Source of the DNA: Vicugna vicugna
Lineage: Eukaryota
NCBI GenBank assembly: GCA_013265495.1
Contig: MU058009.1
Span: forward strand, 124,001 to 186,000
Reading direction: 5' to 3'
Length of the DNA stretch: 62,000 nt
Program-made: the position numbers and the translations under genes
Part shown: positions 24,801-37,592 of the stretch, in pieces
How positions within the stretch are numbered: position 1 is the stretch's first letter
Layout: the number at the start of each line of letters is the position of its first letter
The notes under the pieces: generated by a model
Seen by the model: only the letters and a program-made list of their open reading frames with translations
Database searches by the model: none
Told to the model about the DNA's origin: nothing

Positions 24801-25434
24801 AAAGGAGGAAGGGAAGTCAGGGTGGCCAGCCCAGCGTCCACTGCAGGTGGTGCACGCAGGAGAGGGGCAGGGCCCCTCCTCCCGGAGGGCCCCCTTTTCC
24901 TCATCACTACTGTGGTGGGTGGGGATGGTTTTGGTCCCAGTGTGCTCTGTATCAGATCACCACCCCTTCAGAGAAAAGCTGGGTGGGTGGCTAGGAGATG
25001 TTGGCTTGACTCTGTGCTCTTGGCGCGACTTACCAGGGGAGGGAAGGGCTCTCCACTGGCCTCTGGTCATCCCCACAGCTGGTGTTTGCTGGTGTTGGTG
25101 GGCTGGGTTTGGGGCCCCACAACCCCTGCATCTCTGGCCCCAGGGGAGCAGTATAGGGATGAGGAGTGGGCACCGTCTTTGCTCTCAGACAGACCAGGGT
25201 GACCTTGGGCGAGTTTCTAAACTTCCTGAGCTTCGTTTCCTCATCTATAAAGTGGGGCTAATGGTGGCCTCATGTGGTGCAGGACTGAACGAGGAGACGC
25301 ATGAGCGGTGCCAGGTGCTCCGTGCTGGTGGCCGGGACCTGGGGTGGCTGGGGTGGAGGCCCGCCGCCTGCTCTCCTGTTATGTCGGGGGCTCCTGCGGT
25401 TAAGGCAGAGTGTCAGCAAAGCTCAAGGCAGGTG

Positions 25435-27205
25435 TGTGATTTGCAAATATTTTCTCCCATTCTGTAGGCTGCCTTTTCATTCTGTTGACGGTTTCCTTTG
25501 CTGTGCAGAAGCTTTTCAGCTGGAGGTCGTCATTCTTATTTCTTTTTGCTTTTGTTGGTTTTGCTTTTGGTGTTCAATCCAGGAGATCACTGCCAAGACC
25601 AATGTCAAGGAGCTTTCCCCCTGTGTTTCCTTCTGGGGCTTCTGGGAGTTTCAGGGTTTCAAAGTCTTATGTTTAAGTCTTTACTCTATTTCAAGTTCAT
25701 GTTTTGTGAGTGATGTTTTGGCCAATTTCATTGCTCTGCATGTGATTAACCAGTTTTCCCAACACCATTTATTGCGGAGACTGCCCTTTTCTCCTTGGAT
25801 ATGCTCGGCTGCCTTGTCAGCTGTTAGTTGACTGTATGTGCGTGAGTTTATTTCTGCTCTCTGTTCTGTTCCATTGACCTATGTGTCTACTGTAATACCA
25901 GCACAGTACTGTTTTGATTACTGTAGCTTTTAAAAAACTTCTTATTCTTATTAAAAAAATTTTTAAGTAGCTTTGTAGTATAGTTTGAAATCAGGATGTG
26001 TGATATCTCTAGCTTTGTTCTTCTTCCTCAGGATTGCTTTGGTTATGAGGGATCTTTTGTGGCTCCATACAAATTTTAGGATTTCCTTCTTTTTCATGGC
26101 TGAGTAGTATTCCATTGTACATAATATAGCGCATCTTCTTTATTCAGTCATCTGTTGATGGACACTTGGGTTGCTTCCACTTCTCGGCTACTGTGAATAA
26201 TGCTGCAGTGAACGTGGGAGTACAGATATCTCCATAAGATCTTGATTTCAGTTCCTTTGGATATATCCTAGAAGTACAATTGCTGGATCATGTGGTAGTT
26301 CTATTTTTAATTTTTTTGAGAACCTCCATACTGTTTTCCATAGTGGCTGCACCAATTTACATTCCCACCAGCAGTGAACAAAGGTTCCCTTTTCTCCGCA
26401 TCCTCACCAATACTTCGTTATCTCTTGTCTTTTTGATGACAGCCCTTCTAACAGATGTGAAGTGATGTATCACTATGGTTTTGATTTGCATTTCCCTGAT
26501 GATTAGTGATGTTGAGCATCTTTTCATATGCCTGTTGGCCATCTGTATGTCTTTTTTGGAAAACAGTGTGTTCAATTCCTCTGCCTTTTTAAATTTTGAG
26601 TTGTTTGATTTTTTGCTATTGAAGTGTATGAGGTCTTTATATGTTTTGGATATAGAGAAAGAAGATGTTGTGTATATATATAAAATATAATGGAATACTA
26701 TTCAGCCACGAGAAAGAAGGAAATTTTGCCATTTGCGACAACTAGTATGAAAGTTGAGAGCATTATGCTCAGTGAGATAAGTCAGACAGAGAAAGACAAA
26801 TACTGTATGATAGCACACATGTGGAATCTAAAAAAAGCTGAACTCCAAGAAACAGACAGTAGAATGATGGTTAACAGGGGCTGAGGGTGGGGAAATGGGG
26901 AGATATTGGTCAAAGGGTACAAACTTCCAGTTATAAGATTAACAAGTTTTGGGGATCCAATGTACAGCATGGTGATTATGGCTAATTACACTGTATTATA
27001 TATTTGAATGTTGCTAAGAGAATAGGTCATAAATGTTCTCACCACTAAACAGAAATGGTAATTATGTGGTGGATGGAGGTGTTAGCTAATGGAGCGGCAG
27101 TAATCATATGCAATGTATAAAAGTGTCGAATCAACACATATACCTTAAACTTACATAATGTTATATGTCAATTATATCTCAATGAAGCTGGAAAAAAGAA
27201 AAAAC
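25435..27205. mobile_element. Old L1MA-type element, rearranged: two antisense ORF2/3' segments (25435-26080, 26081-26655), then a sense 3' UTR with poly(A) (26655-27205)
   Basis: ORF 26357-26575(-) [29 protein letters not shown] and ORF 26690(+) MEYYSATRKKEILPFATT are L1 ORF2 C-terminal peptides; 3' end atgtcaattatatctcaatgaagctggaaaaaa. Confidence 0.92.
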
Positions 27206-30200
27206 TCAAGTAAAATGTTATGTGCAATGTACGAGAAGCAACGGGGAAGGAGCCCTGGTGTCCCATGATGACAATGGCCACCGATAAACTTATCAGATCT
27301 TCCCAGACAGCCATACAGGGTAACAGCCCTACAGACATACAGGTAACTGTGACAAGGTGGAAAACTGGGTGGGGGGCTGGCCTGGGATGGAGAAGGCGGC
27401 TCCCCAGACAGCCCTAGTGTTTATGCTAACTTTCCACTTCACAGTGTCAGTGGTCACACAGCCACTGTGCTAATTCTCCCCCCACAGTTACTCACTGGGG
27501 GGTCACCCTCATGCTGCTAGGAGACGCGTGAGGTGGGGGTGCTGTTCTGAAGCTGGGTGTCAAGGTCTCAGAGCTTTTCAGTGGCGGAATGAGGATTTTG
27601 ATCTCATCTTTCTGACCTCCAGCCTAGAGACCTTTCCCTCTTGATGGCCCCTCAGTGGGAGCTGGGCAGCCGGGGGCGTGTGGGGGCTCAGATACCCCTG
27701 GCCCCAGGATGGAGGAGCCCCCCACGCTGGGTGGTGCCCTGGGCCAGCTGTCCCGTGGCCCTGATTCTGATGCACTCCTGGGTCTCCTTCCAGTCTCCCA
27801 CTCTCCCCCAAACCCCTTCCACCATTTGGAGGAGGAGGGTCCCGATAGGACCCTCTGTGTGCTGTCATCCCTCAGGCTGAAAAGAATCCCACTCGCTGGT
27901 GGGTGCCCGGACCTCAATTGGAAGATAAATTCTCTCTATTCTGAGTGATGTTTTCTGTTTTCCTCCCCTTGCTGGCCTTGGGGAGGCTGGCCCTCACTGG
28001 GGCGTGTGAGTCCACGAGGGCCCTCTCCATCACTCCCCGACGCCTATGAGGTACAGCCCCCGTGCCAGCCTCTCTGCCTGCAGTCACCCTGTGGCCTAGA
28101 TGCCCTCCCATCCCTGGACGGTGGGCGGGGAGGGGAGGGTGGCTCCCTCTTCCTGGGGCACCCGTCCTTCCTTTCTGACTGGCGGGCACCTAGGGGACCT
28201 TCAGGCTTTGCTGAAGTGCCTCCCATGACCCCCACTACCTTGCAGCTGAGCAGGGACCGGTCTCATCCCCGTGTGTCCTGGTGTCTAGCAAGGCGCCTCA
28301 GCCAGTGCTGTGGGGCTGAACTGGGTGGGAGCCTCTCCTGGGCTCCTGCGGGGCTCCTGAGCCTCGCGGATGGCTGGGTCGGTGTGACTTCCTGAGGGAG
28401 CAGCCCTGTCGTGTTCTTTCTTGTCTGTCCTGCCCCGGCTGAGAGCTCACACAGAGCTGGTGCTTAACAGACGAGTGCTGAGCAAATGAGTGAGGGGCAG
28501 GAGGTGACACCTGCGTGAAGAGGGCGCTGGGAGGGGAAACGAAGCTTCCGGTGGGGATGCCTGGAGAAGACAGATCTAGAAACACTGTTAAACACTAAGA
28601 TGCATCGAAGACCTGCTAGGATCCAGGGGGTCCCCTGTGGCCATACTGGCACTCCAGGTGGGACTCACAAGCCAATTTTAGGGCGTTCCTGGTTCGGAGG
28701 TGGCTACAGGCATTTGAATCACCAAACGAGACCCAGGACAGTTGGTGTCCCTGGGATTTTTTGAAACCTCGGACAAGTCTCTTATCCTCTGTGCTCCCCG
28801 CTCTCCACGTCCAACCACCCCTCTCTCTGGGACCCATCAGCCAGCCCTGGCCACCCTTGGATCCTTAATCACCTCCTTTCTTTTTGCCGCCTCCCCTCTA
28901 AGACCTTCCTTTCCCTTTGATTAGCAATTGGTTCACCATGGAATGTGTTCTGTGCACGGTGGACACTTTTTATAAAGAGACAGGACAGCACAGAGTTGCT
29001 GGGAGTGTCCTGGGATCAGAATATATGGGTTTCAGCTCAGATCTACATCACTGTCACTGTGCAGGAACCTGGGGTGTCAGTGCTGCACAGATATGTGTCG
29101 CGCGGGAGCAGCCCATCAGCTGCTCAGAGGCATGGACGGGGTGAGGTGTTCAGTGCCGGTTTGAGGTGAAATGTATTGGATGTGTCTTAAAGCCACAGTC
29201 GGCTTCTGTGATGGGCATTAATGTTCGTGGCCAGAGGCATGGATAATCCACATTTGGTATATAATTGGAAATACCATTTGCATTTGACTTTGGAGCACAT
29301 TGTGTGAGTGAGTGAATGTGTGTGTGTGTGTGTGTCCAGTGCTGCAGGGCTGTGTTTGGAGTCAGACCTGGTATTGAATTGTGGCCTTGGTGACTCATCC
29401 CCATGGCTCTGGGTGCCCTGATGCACGGATGTGTTTTTTCAGGAACGGTGATTTCAGAATCCAGACTTTTATTTTCTTACTTGCCTTCTGTGAGCCACAT
29501 GGCCCTCATCCTTGCTTGACTCAGTTCCCAAGGGCTTATCAAATATAAGGATGGACATTGGTAATAGGGGGGCCAGTGATACACACAGGATGGTCTGTAG
29601 ACAGTCTCCATGGCACTGGAAGGGGAAGACGGGCTGCAGTGCAGCCTGGGGGAGTGAGGTTAGACATCAGGAAGAACTGTTGTTGGAGACGCAGGGAGGG
29701 AAAGGGGGCTGGTCTCTCTCTCTGTGGAGCCCTGGTTTCCCCTGTCAGGGATGAGCTGAGTGTGGTGTGGTGACATGGTCCTGAGGCGGGGGATGGACCT
29801 CATGGCTTCTCAGATCCCCTCAGCTGACATCCACTTACACACTCACTCATTAGTTTTCCTGAAGTTTCTTCCCTGCTCCCAATTAGCCTCCGTCCAGTTC
29901 TTGTGGAGGAGTGGGGAGAAGAGGGTAGGGGTAGGGGGGGCACTGGGAAGGATGGGGCTGGAGTGGGGAGGGGAGCGGAGGAGGCTGCTGATCCTAATGG
30001 TCAGGGAGCTCGGCTGCTGGCCCGGGAACAGCCACCAGGTAGTGTTTATGGCTTCCTATCAAATTTTGATAAATTGACTCTGAAAGGGCCCTTTCTTATA
30101 CGTGGTTTATGCCTCCACAGCTGTTCACGGTGAAATATCAGGGTGCCGAAGGGGCTGGGAGGTAGGGTGTGTGTGCAGGGAAGACCCTGACCTCTTACTG

Positions 30201-30515
30201 CTCTGAGCCCCCAGCTCCCGGCCACCTCTCGGATGCTCAGGAAAGGGGTGTTCAGGTGGCTGCCTCGGAGCCATGGCTGGGAGCCAATGGGGGTCCATAG
30301 GACTGAATAGACACCTCGGGGCAGGACAGGGAGGCTGGTCGTCCAGAAAAGATGCGCCCGGGAGGGAGGGTGGAGGAATTCAGTTGAACTCTCAGCAGAG
30401 CTTTCTGATGCTGCATTACCAAGAGGCTGTGGAATAGCCTCGGGTGCCCTGGCTGACCAGCATGGGGCGGGCATTCGTCTTATTTACCTTGAACCTCACC
30501 GTGAGCCAGTGAGGT

Positions 30516-30551
30516 GGGCAGGGCAGGGCGGGGCAGGGCGGGGCAGGGCGG
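30516..30551 (+). repeat. G-rich pentamer repeat (GGGCA/GGGCG)n, potential G-quadruplex or GC-box cluster
   Basis: gggcagggcagggcggggcagggcggggcagggcgg, seven G3+ runs. Confidence 0.8.
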
Positions 30552-30864
30552 CTCTCAGCCTGAACGGCCCTCTGGGACTCGGGAGCAGAGAGCCCAGCAG
30601 GGATCGGATCAGAGAGTTGCCTGACCTCACACAGCAGGAATCTGAGTTGGAGCCGGAACTTTAGGTTCAGGGCAGTTTCCCCAGCCCCCAGCCTCCTGAA
30701 TCTTGTGCTCAGCATCCCCAGCTGGCCCTGCCTGGACGGATGCACGGTGACTGCCGACTGCCCCAGAGCTGGCTCAGTCCTAGCGCCCCTCCCCCAGCCC
30801 CGGGTCCTGGAACCCTTTCCTGGTTCGGGCTGGGAGCAGGCGATCTAAGCCCTCTGCTCCAATC

Positions 30865-31943
30865 CAAGGCCGGGCATCAAATTTATGGGCACACCAAAAC
30901 CCTCAGTAATGGAGAAATCACATTTAAATGAAAATTGAAAAAAAATACCAAAATGAATGCAAAGATATCCATGATGAAGAAACCATCACAATTTTAAATA
31001 AATACCATATGATGTCACTCTTATGTGGACTCTAAAAACAAAAAAACAAAAAAAGGAAAAAGGACATTATGAACTCATCTACAAAACAGAAACAGACTCT
31101 CAGACATAGTAAATAATCTTATGGTTACCAGGGGAAAGGAGGTGGGAAGGGACAAATGTGGGAGTTTAAGATTTGCAAACGTTAGCCACTAAATATAAAA
31201 ATAGATAAAAAACAAATTTCTTCTGTACAGCACAGGGAACTATATTCAATAGCGTGTAATAACCTATAATGAAGAAGAATAGGAAAACGAATATATGTAT
31301 ATATATGCATAACTGGGACATTGTGCTGCACACCAGAAATTGATACATTGTAACTGACTACAGTTCAATTAAAAAAAAAAAAAGACAGGATCATTGAGCC
31401 GAAATTAATTAAAAATGATTTAATATGGTCACTTGGTCATGAGAAATGATCAAACATGGCCATTTTTTCAACTAAAAATGAGATAAGCAAAGGGACATAG
31501 ATTATTATCATCACTGATGCATTTAGCTTCCATCAAAGCCAGGAAAGCAAGATGAGAGTAAACCCCATTTTGCTGTAAACAGAATATTTAGGCTTAAAAT
31601 AATGTTGTGGGTTTAAATACACCTACTTTTAAATGTTTCAGTATTTTTTCAAGTACATTAACATTCTGACAAGAAAATTAACCATTAAAAAATACATAAA
31701 ATCATGGAAATAGCAGAATAGGGGCTCACATTTTTAACTCTTGCTTTAGGCTCCAGTATGTCTTGGCTTGGCACCGGTACCAATCCTGTCTCCATTTAAT
31801 ATTTTAATTTTTTGTTCAGAAAGTAGTGCTTTTTTGGTGTTAATTTTGATTTAAAAAAATATGACATTCAAGTATTATCTAGATCACGGAGTTTTTGGAT
31901 GCCCCTTACATTTTGTGCCTCACTCCAGCCTTGGTCCTGCTCT
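30865..31943 (+). mobile_element. hAT (Tip100/MER96-like) DNA transposon with long imperfect TIRs and a transposase remnant
   Basis: Left arm (30870-31000 plus 31384-31392) is the reverse complement of the right arm (31781-31920); internal 31402-31555 translates to a hAT C-terminal motif. Confidence 0.8.
31001..31383 (+). mobile_element. 5'-truncated young L1 3' end inserted in the left TIR of the hAT element
   Basis: aaataccatatgatgtcactc...ggttaccagggg...cacagggaactatattcaatag...ccagaaattgatacattgtaactgactacagttcaatt plus poly(A); inserted at tttt/aaataaa. Confidence 0.92.
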
Positions 31944-32519
31944 AATGCTTCCCCTCTTTCCTGTACCTGGTGGGGACAAGATGCAGGCGAGCCCCTTGGG
32001 CTCTGGGGACCCACCTATGCCTAGAATTGTCCCCAGGAAGGGGAGCACTGGGGCGGGAATGGGCTGCCAAGGGAAGATGGATGGGCTCCCAGGCCCTGCA
32101 GATAGAGACGAGCCTCCAGACCCGAGGCCATCCATCAAGTTCCCAGTGGAACCGACACTCATCTTAAACAGACCAAGAGGCCCCAGGTTTCAGGGACAGG
32201 GAGGCAGAGAGAAGCCACTGAGTGGAGGTTCCTGCAGGCTCTGAGCTGGTGACCGGAAGGGGTGAGGTTCAGCCAGGGCAGCCAGGCTGGGCACTGATTG
32301 ATTCCAGTGGGTGCTGTGAACTTGACTGGCCCCCTTCCTCCATGCAGGCCTCAGCCCTACTGCTCAGACCCTGGGCTGGGTTGGGGGGCTGGGAGGGAGT
32401 GCGGGAAGAGAGGGGAGGCAGTGGACTCAGGTGGAGGTGGACAGCTTAAGGATGGGCCTACACACCCTCCTCTTTGCCTGCTCAGAGACCCCGCACCTGC
32501 AGAATGGAGCTGAACCTGC

Positions 32520-33380
32520 AGCTCGATTTCAAGACCCTCTGTCCCCCAGCCTCTCCAGCCCTCTGACCCACCACAGGTGCTCCATAGGAACCCTTCTCTG
32601 CTCCTCACCTCCAGGGCCCCCCACCTTCCCTGGCCCACCTCATCGCCTCTCACGCCTGCACTACTGCCCCCGAGCTGGGTCGCTGGGACCTGACGCCTGG
32701 ATGACACAGTGGCTTCCAAACTGGTTTCCTGCATTCAATCTCCTCCTCCTTCCCAGTCCCAGGATCTCTTCTCAAAACGGCAGCCAGGAGGATGCCGTCC
32801 GCATTCCGCCTCCCCGCTGCCCAGGAATTCTGCTGGTCTCCATCTTAAGCAGAGTCAAACCTGCGGTCATTACTGTGACCTCCAGGACCCCACCAGATCC
32901 GGCCCCTGCTCCTCTGACCTCCTCTCTGTCACTTGCTCCTTTATTCACAAACAAGCAGGCCTGTTTGCTGTTCCTGGAAAATGACAAGAACACGCCTACC
33001 TCGGGGCCTCTGCTGTACCCGCAACCCCCTCCCCCTGTCCTGCCCCATCTGGAATGTTCTTTCTCCAACCGTCTGCTCCGCCAGCTCCCTCACGTTCTTC
33101 AGATCTTTGATTATATGTTACTTGATCTAAGAGGCCCTCCCTGGTTACCTCTACAAAATATGGACGCTTATACGGTCGCCCATATAGAATATGTGCCGTC
33201 CCTCTTCTCACACCCTGCTTCGCCTGCTCTGTGACACCCAGGACGTTGTATACTTGCTTGTCTCCTTACGCCGGTGGAAGGTCCATGAGACAAGTGACTT
33301 TTTCTGCTTTGCTTACTGTCGTATCTTAGTGCCTAGAAAAGCGATGACACACAGCAGGTGCTTAAGACGAATGGTTTAGC
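32520..33380 (+). mobile_element. L2 LINE 3' region
   Basis: cctctcacgcctgcactactgc, aactggtttcctgc, ttgctgttcctggaaaatg, ctggaatgttctttctcc, ends agtgcctagaaaagcgatgacacacagcaggtgctt. Confidence 0.75.
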
Positions 33381-34023
33381 TCCTACTAGCTGCAGGATAG
33401 GGGGCCGAGTTCTCCTGTCTCCATCTGGGTGGCTAGACCTGCATCCCGTCAGGCCACGTCCAGCTCCCACGTCTGCCGGAAGGCCTCCTCGGACCCCTAC
33501 TTCACGTTAGATTAGCACTGTGTGCTTTTCCAGTGGCTTTCAATACAGGATCTTATTTCATCTTCTTGTCAATCCCTGGAGGCTCACAGGGGTAAAGTGA
33601 GATGCCTGAGGTCACCTATCAGTGAGGGGTAGAGCCTGGGTCAGAGTCAGGCCCTCTGGGGCCCAGCCTCGTCATTTCAGCCCTCCAGGGTGGCCGTGGC
33701 CTGAATCACGTGTGCTCTCCGGGGCCCATGCCCAGGCCAGCCCCTGGGGAGGCTGCTGAGAAAACCCTCAGCCTCTCCAGTCTGGGCACAGTTCCTGGTG
33801 TGAGTCACAGCTCAGTCCCTGCTCTTCCTTGTTTTATGATGAAGGGTGATTATACTAAGGGACATTAATCACAGGAAATAATGGCTCACACTTGCGGGTT
33901 CTCCAGCCTGGTTTTGCCAAAGAGGTCAGGGTGCGTCCATTCATGTCTAACAGCTCTGTGGACTGCGGGCACAGACAGTAATACTTGTTCCTATTTTACA
34001 CATGAAGTTGGGGAGGGGCTGCA

Positions 34024-34215
34024 GGAATGGTGTGCTGGTAAACCAGCCCTCCAAACGTGACGTAGCACCAAACAAAACCCTGACTGTCGTGCTGGGAGAT
34101 TTATAAGGTGTAAATCCTCCCATTATGGCCAATTTCAAGCTGCCGACATGTTGTCACTGATGCAGAGTTGGGAAGAGATGTCTGCCGGCAGCCGTCCTGG
34201 GCAGCCCACCACCGC
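34024..34215. mobile_element. MER63-like hAT MITE
   Basis: tggtgtgctggtaaacc...ggtgtaaatcctcccattatggccaatttcaagctgcc...gtcactgatgcagagttgggaagagatg...cagcccaccaccg. Confidence 0.75.
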
Positions 34216-36754
34216 GCCAGCGTGACTCCCCTAACTTCTCTTCAGACCTTCACATTCTCGTTCAGTACTCGTCTGAGCTGCACAACAACCTTTCAGGTGG
34301 GCAGCCATTATGTCCATTTATCAGATGAGAAAACTGAGGCTCAAAGATGAACTGATTTGTTCAAAGTGGCTGAAGGATCTGATGGTAAGTCCCTGCTTTC
34401 TCTACCACTCCTGTCTCCTTTCCAGCTCACTGCTCACCATGTGGGAACCCAAGTCTTTGGCCAAGTTCAGAGTGAGGAGTGGGTGTGATGGAGGCAATTG
34501 GAAGGAAGGCCTCTGGGGAGGTAGGGCGGGGGAGGGGTTCCTGGGAAAGGAGGTTCAATCCAGGGAGGATATCAAGTTACTGAAGGCTAGCCCTGGCCTG
34601 CGTCTCCCCCAGGCCAGCACCCTGAACACGAGCCCCTAGAAAGGTTGTCGGCGGGCGGCAGGCGCGGGTGTCAAGGCTGGGAAAGCAGGGCTCAGCCCAG
34701 GGGGACAGACACAGATTCTAACTCCAGGAAACTCTGGGAAGGGGCTGCCCCCACCCCTGGGTCACAATTGTCCAGAACTCCTTCTTGGGATCCCGAGCGG
34801 GTGGAGGGGGCCGTTGGTGAGGAACCAGGGGTGGAGGGAGCCGGGGGGTCCACTCTTGGAGCTGGGGTGATGGCGGAGGAAATGTCCTCCTGGACTCCGC
34901 CGAGAGTCCCTGCAGGTCGCAGGTGAAATGCTCAGGCAGGGCAGCTGCCTGCATTTGCAGGCTGCACACAGAGGGTGCTCGCCTTGCAGCTGGGCTTCAG
35001 GGCCTGTCTGGCTGGGTGTGTGCTTGTGTGTGTGTGTATGAGTGTGAGTGTGAGGAGTGTCTCCTTTCACCAAAATGGTGAGAGGGGCTGTTTCCTGTGG
35101 GCCTGGCCCTTCTGCTGTCTCTCGCTGGCATAGAGCACGTTGATGGTAGACCTGCCTGGTAATTTGAGTAGTTTAAGCAAAGTATTCAGGTCTCCCCAGG
35201 GCACCAGCCCACAGCTGCCAGAATCTCCATGTCATGGCCACATCGCACTCTTCCAGAACTGTTAAAGCTTGCCTCTGCTCTCCAGAATCAGCCCCGGGAG
35301 CCTAGAAGTCTCTATGGATGAAGACGCTCAAGCCCAGAGAAGTGAGTTCACTTGCCCCAGGATGCACAGCTGGCTCCCAGCTATCCTCTCCTCACAGAGA
35401 ATCACTCTGAGAAGTGACTCCCTCTGTTGGGCAGGGGAAGGAAGCAGCGGGGTGCGCAGCTGAGGATGTCCAGCATTGGTCAGCCCCATATCTGCTGGCA
35501 TCTCGTCTCCCGGTGGGGCCTGCTGCTCTTGGGGTGGGAGACGCCCCTCTGTGGGTCCTGGATGGGAGTTCATGCAGTTTCTCCTTCCGTTACCAGCACT
35601 TTCTCTGAGCCAAGCCAGGGGCTGAGCCCAGAGATTCCCAGATGACTGAGCTGTGGTCCAAAGTCACACACCAGTGAGTCTTTAGATCACGTCCACTGCA
35701 TCACTCTGGGCTGGCTGAGTAGAAAGGGGCAGACTCGGGTTGGCCATTGAACCCTGAAAACCCAAGGTGAGGAAGAGGAGGGGAGCACAGCGGGGAGTTC
35801 TGCTTCTTCCCCAAAATGATGTCATCAGCTGAGACAAAAAGGAGATGGTTGAGGGGAAAAATGTGCATTTCCGCACTCCGCGTTTCCCCCTCACTAATTT
35901 TAATCTAATTTGATCACAACATTCCTCGGTAAACAGCAGCCTCCGTCTAATAAGCCAGGCCCCCGACCCTGCAATTGTGTTCCTCATCAGCAGAGGCATC
36001 AGGGAAGACTTGCCGCTAATTGTTGTGAGGCCCTGTCCTAGCCTGCGTGTCAGGTAAGGGATGGCAGCGAGAGATAATTATAATCAGATCTAATTAGTAA
36101 TTATAACAGATCCCGGCTAGAAATTGTTTTCAGTTAAATATTCCCAGAGAGGTGCTAATGGTCTCCCGGGCCGCCAAGAGCCAAGACTCAGGGCCAGGGG
36201 CTTCCGGGGAGTGGGCGACCTCACACCGTGGTTTTCATCCTCTGACCTTCCAGTGCGTAGAGAGACCCAGAGGGACTCACGGCTCAGGGCCAGGCGGCTG
36301 GGCCTGCGGGAGCAGAGCTGGCCTGGCGTCCGGGTCACCTGGCTGCTGTGGGCAGCACCTTCTCCCACACATTGGCGGTTCGGTCAGTGGGCCCACAGCA
36401 AACGCCAATTAAGTGGCTCAGGGCCTGGAGGCATGGAACCTTCTGGATCATTAAAGAAACTACATTGTTTAGGCATCATGGGATATTTGCTGCTGGAATC
36501 ACTGTTGAGTTGAATGGGATTCAAGGCATTCCCAGGTGTTCCCTGGCTAACGAAAACTGAGAGGAGTGCCTCTCACCCACATTTTAGTACCCTCTCTCTG
36601 GGCGTGTCTTTCTTTTTTGTCTCTAGCAAGTACGTTGGCAAAGTCTTGGTTGTCCTACCTTCTGTTTAGCCAGGATCTAACTAGCCAGCACTTCCCCACC
36701 TTCAGATGCATGCCTTTGCTTTAGTTTGTATGATTATTTTTATTATCTCTTTAA

Positions 36755-37592
36755 ATTTTATTTTTTAATTCAAATATAGTTGATTTACAATGTTATGTTA
36801 GTTTCAGGTGTACAGCAAAGTGATTCAGATATATATATATATATATATATTCTTTTTCAGATTTTTTTCCATTAAAAGTTATTATGATATTGAATATAGT
36901 TTCCTGTGATATACAGTAGGTCCTTGTTATATATCTTGGTGTGTATCTGTAAATTTCAAACTCTTAATTTATACCTCTCCCTGCCTTTCCCCTTTGGTAA
37001 CCATGAGTTTATTTTCTATGTGAGTCTATTTCTGTTTTGTAAATAAGTTCAATTGTATCATTTTTTTAGATTCCACATGTAAGTGATATCATAAGACATT
37101 TGTTTTTATCTGTCTGACTTACTTTACTTAGTATGATAATCTCTAGGGCCATCCATGTTGCTGCAAATGGCATTATTTCATTCTTTTTTATGGCCGAGTA
37201 ATATTCCATTATATACACCTTTATATATGTATTTCTTTATCCATTCATCACTATATTTTCTTTATCCATTCATTTGTTGATGGACACTCAAGTTGCTTGC
37301 ATGTCTTGGCTATTGTAAATAGTGCTGCTCTGAACACTGGGGTTCGTGTATCTTTTCAAATCACAGTTTTCATCTTTTCTAGATATATGCCCGGGAGTGA
37401 GATTGCTGGATCATATGGCAACTCTATTTTTAGCTTGTTAAGGAATCTCCACACTGTTCTCCATAGTGACTGGATCATTTGCATTCCCACCAACAGTGTA
37501 GGAGGGTTTCCTTTTCTTCACACCCTCTCCAGCATTTATTTGTAGAATTTTGATGATGGCCATTCTGCCAGGTGTGAGGTGATGCCTCATTT
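36755..37592 (-). mobile_element. L1 3' fragment (cetartiodactyl-type), with (AT)11 at 36829-36850 and a ~25-bp internal duplication near 37230-37275
   Basis: atagttgatttacaatgttatgttagtttcaggtgtacagcaaagtgattcag...catgttgctgcaaatggcattatttcattc...cattcccaccaacagtgtaggagggtt. Confidence 0.92.

Noticed and set aside
32431..33234. Longest ORF (267 aa, +)
   Set aside because: It lies over a decayed L2 fragment, has low-complexity Pro/Leu/Ser composition and shows no domain.
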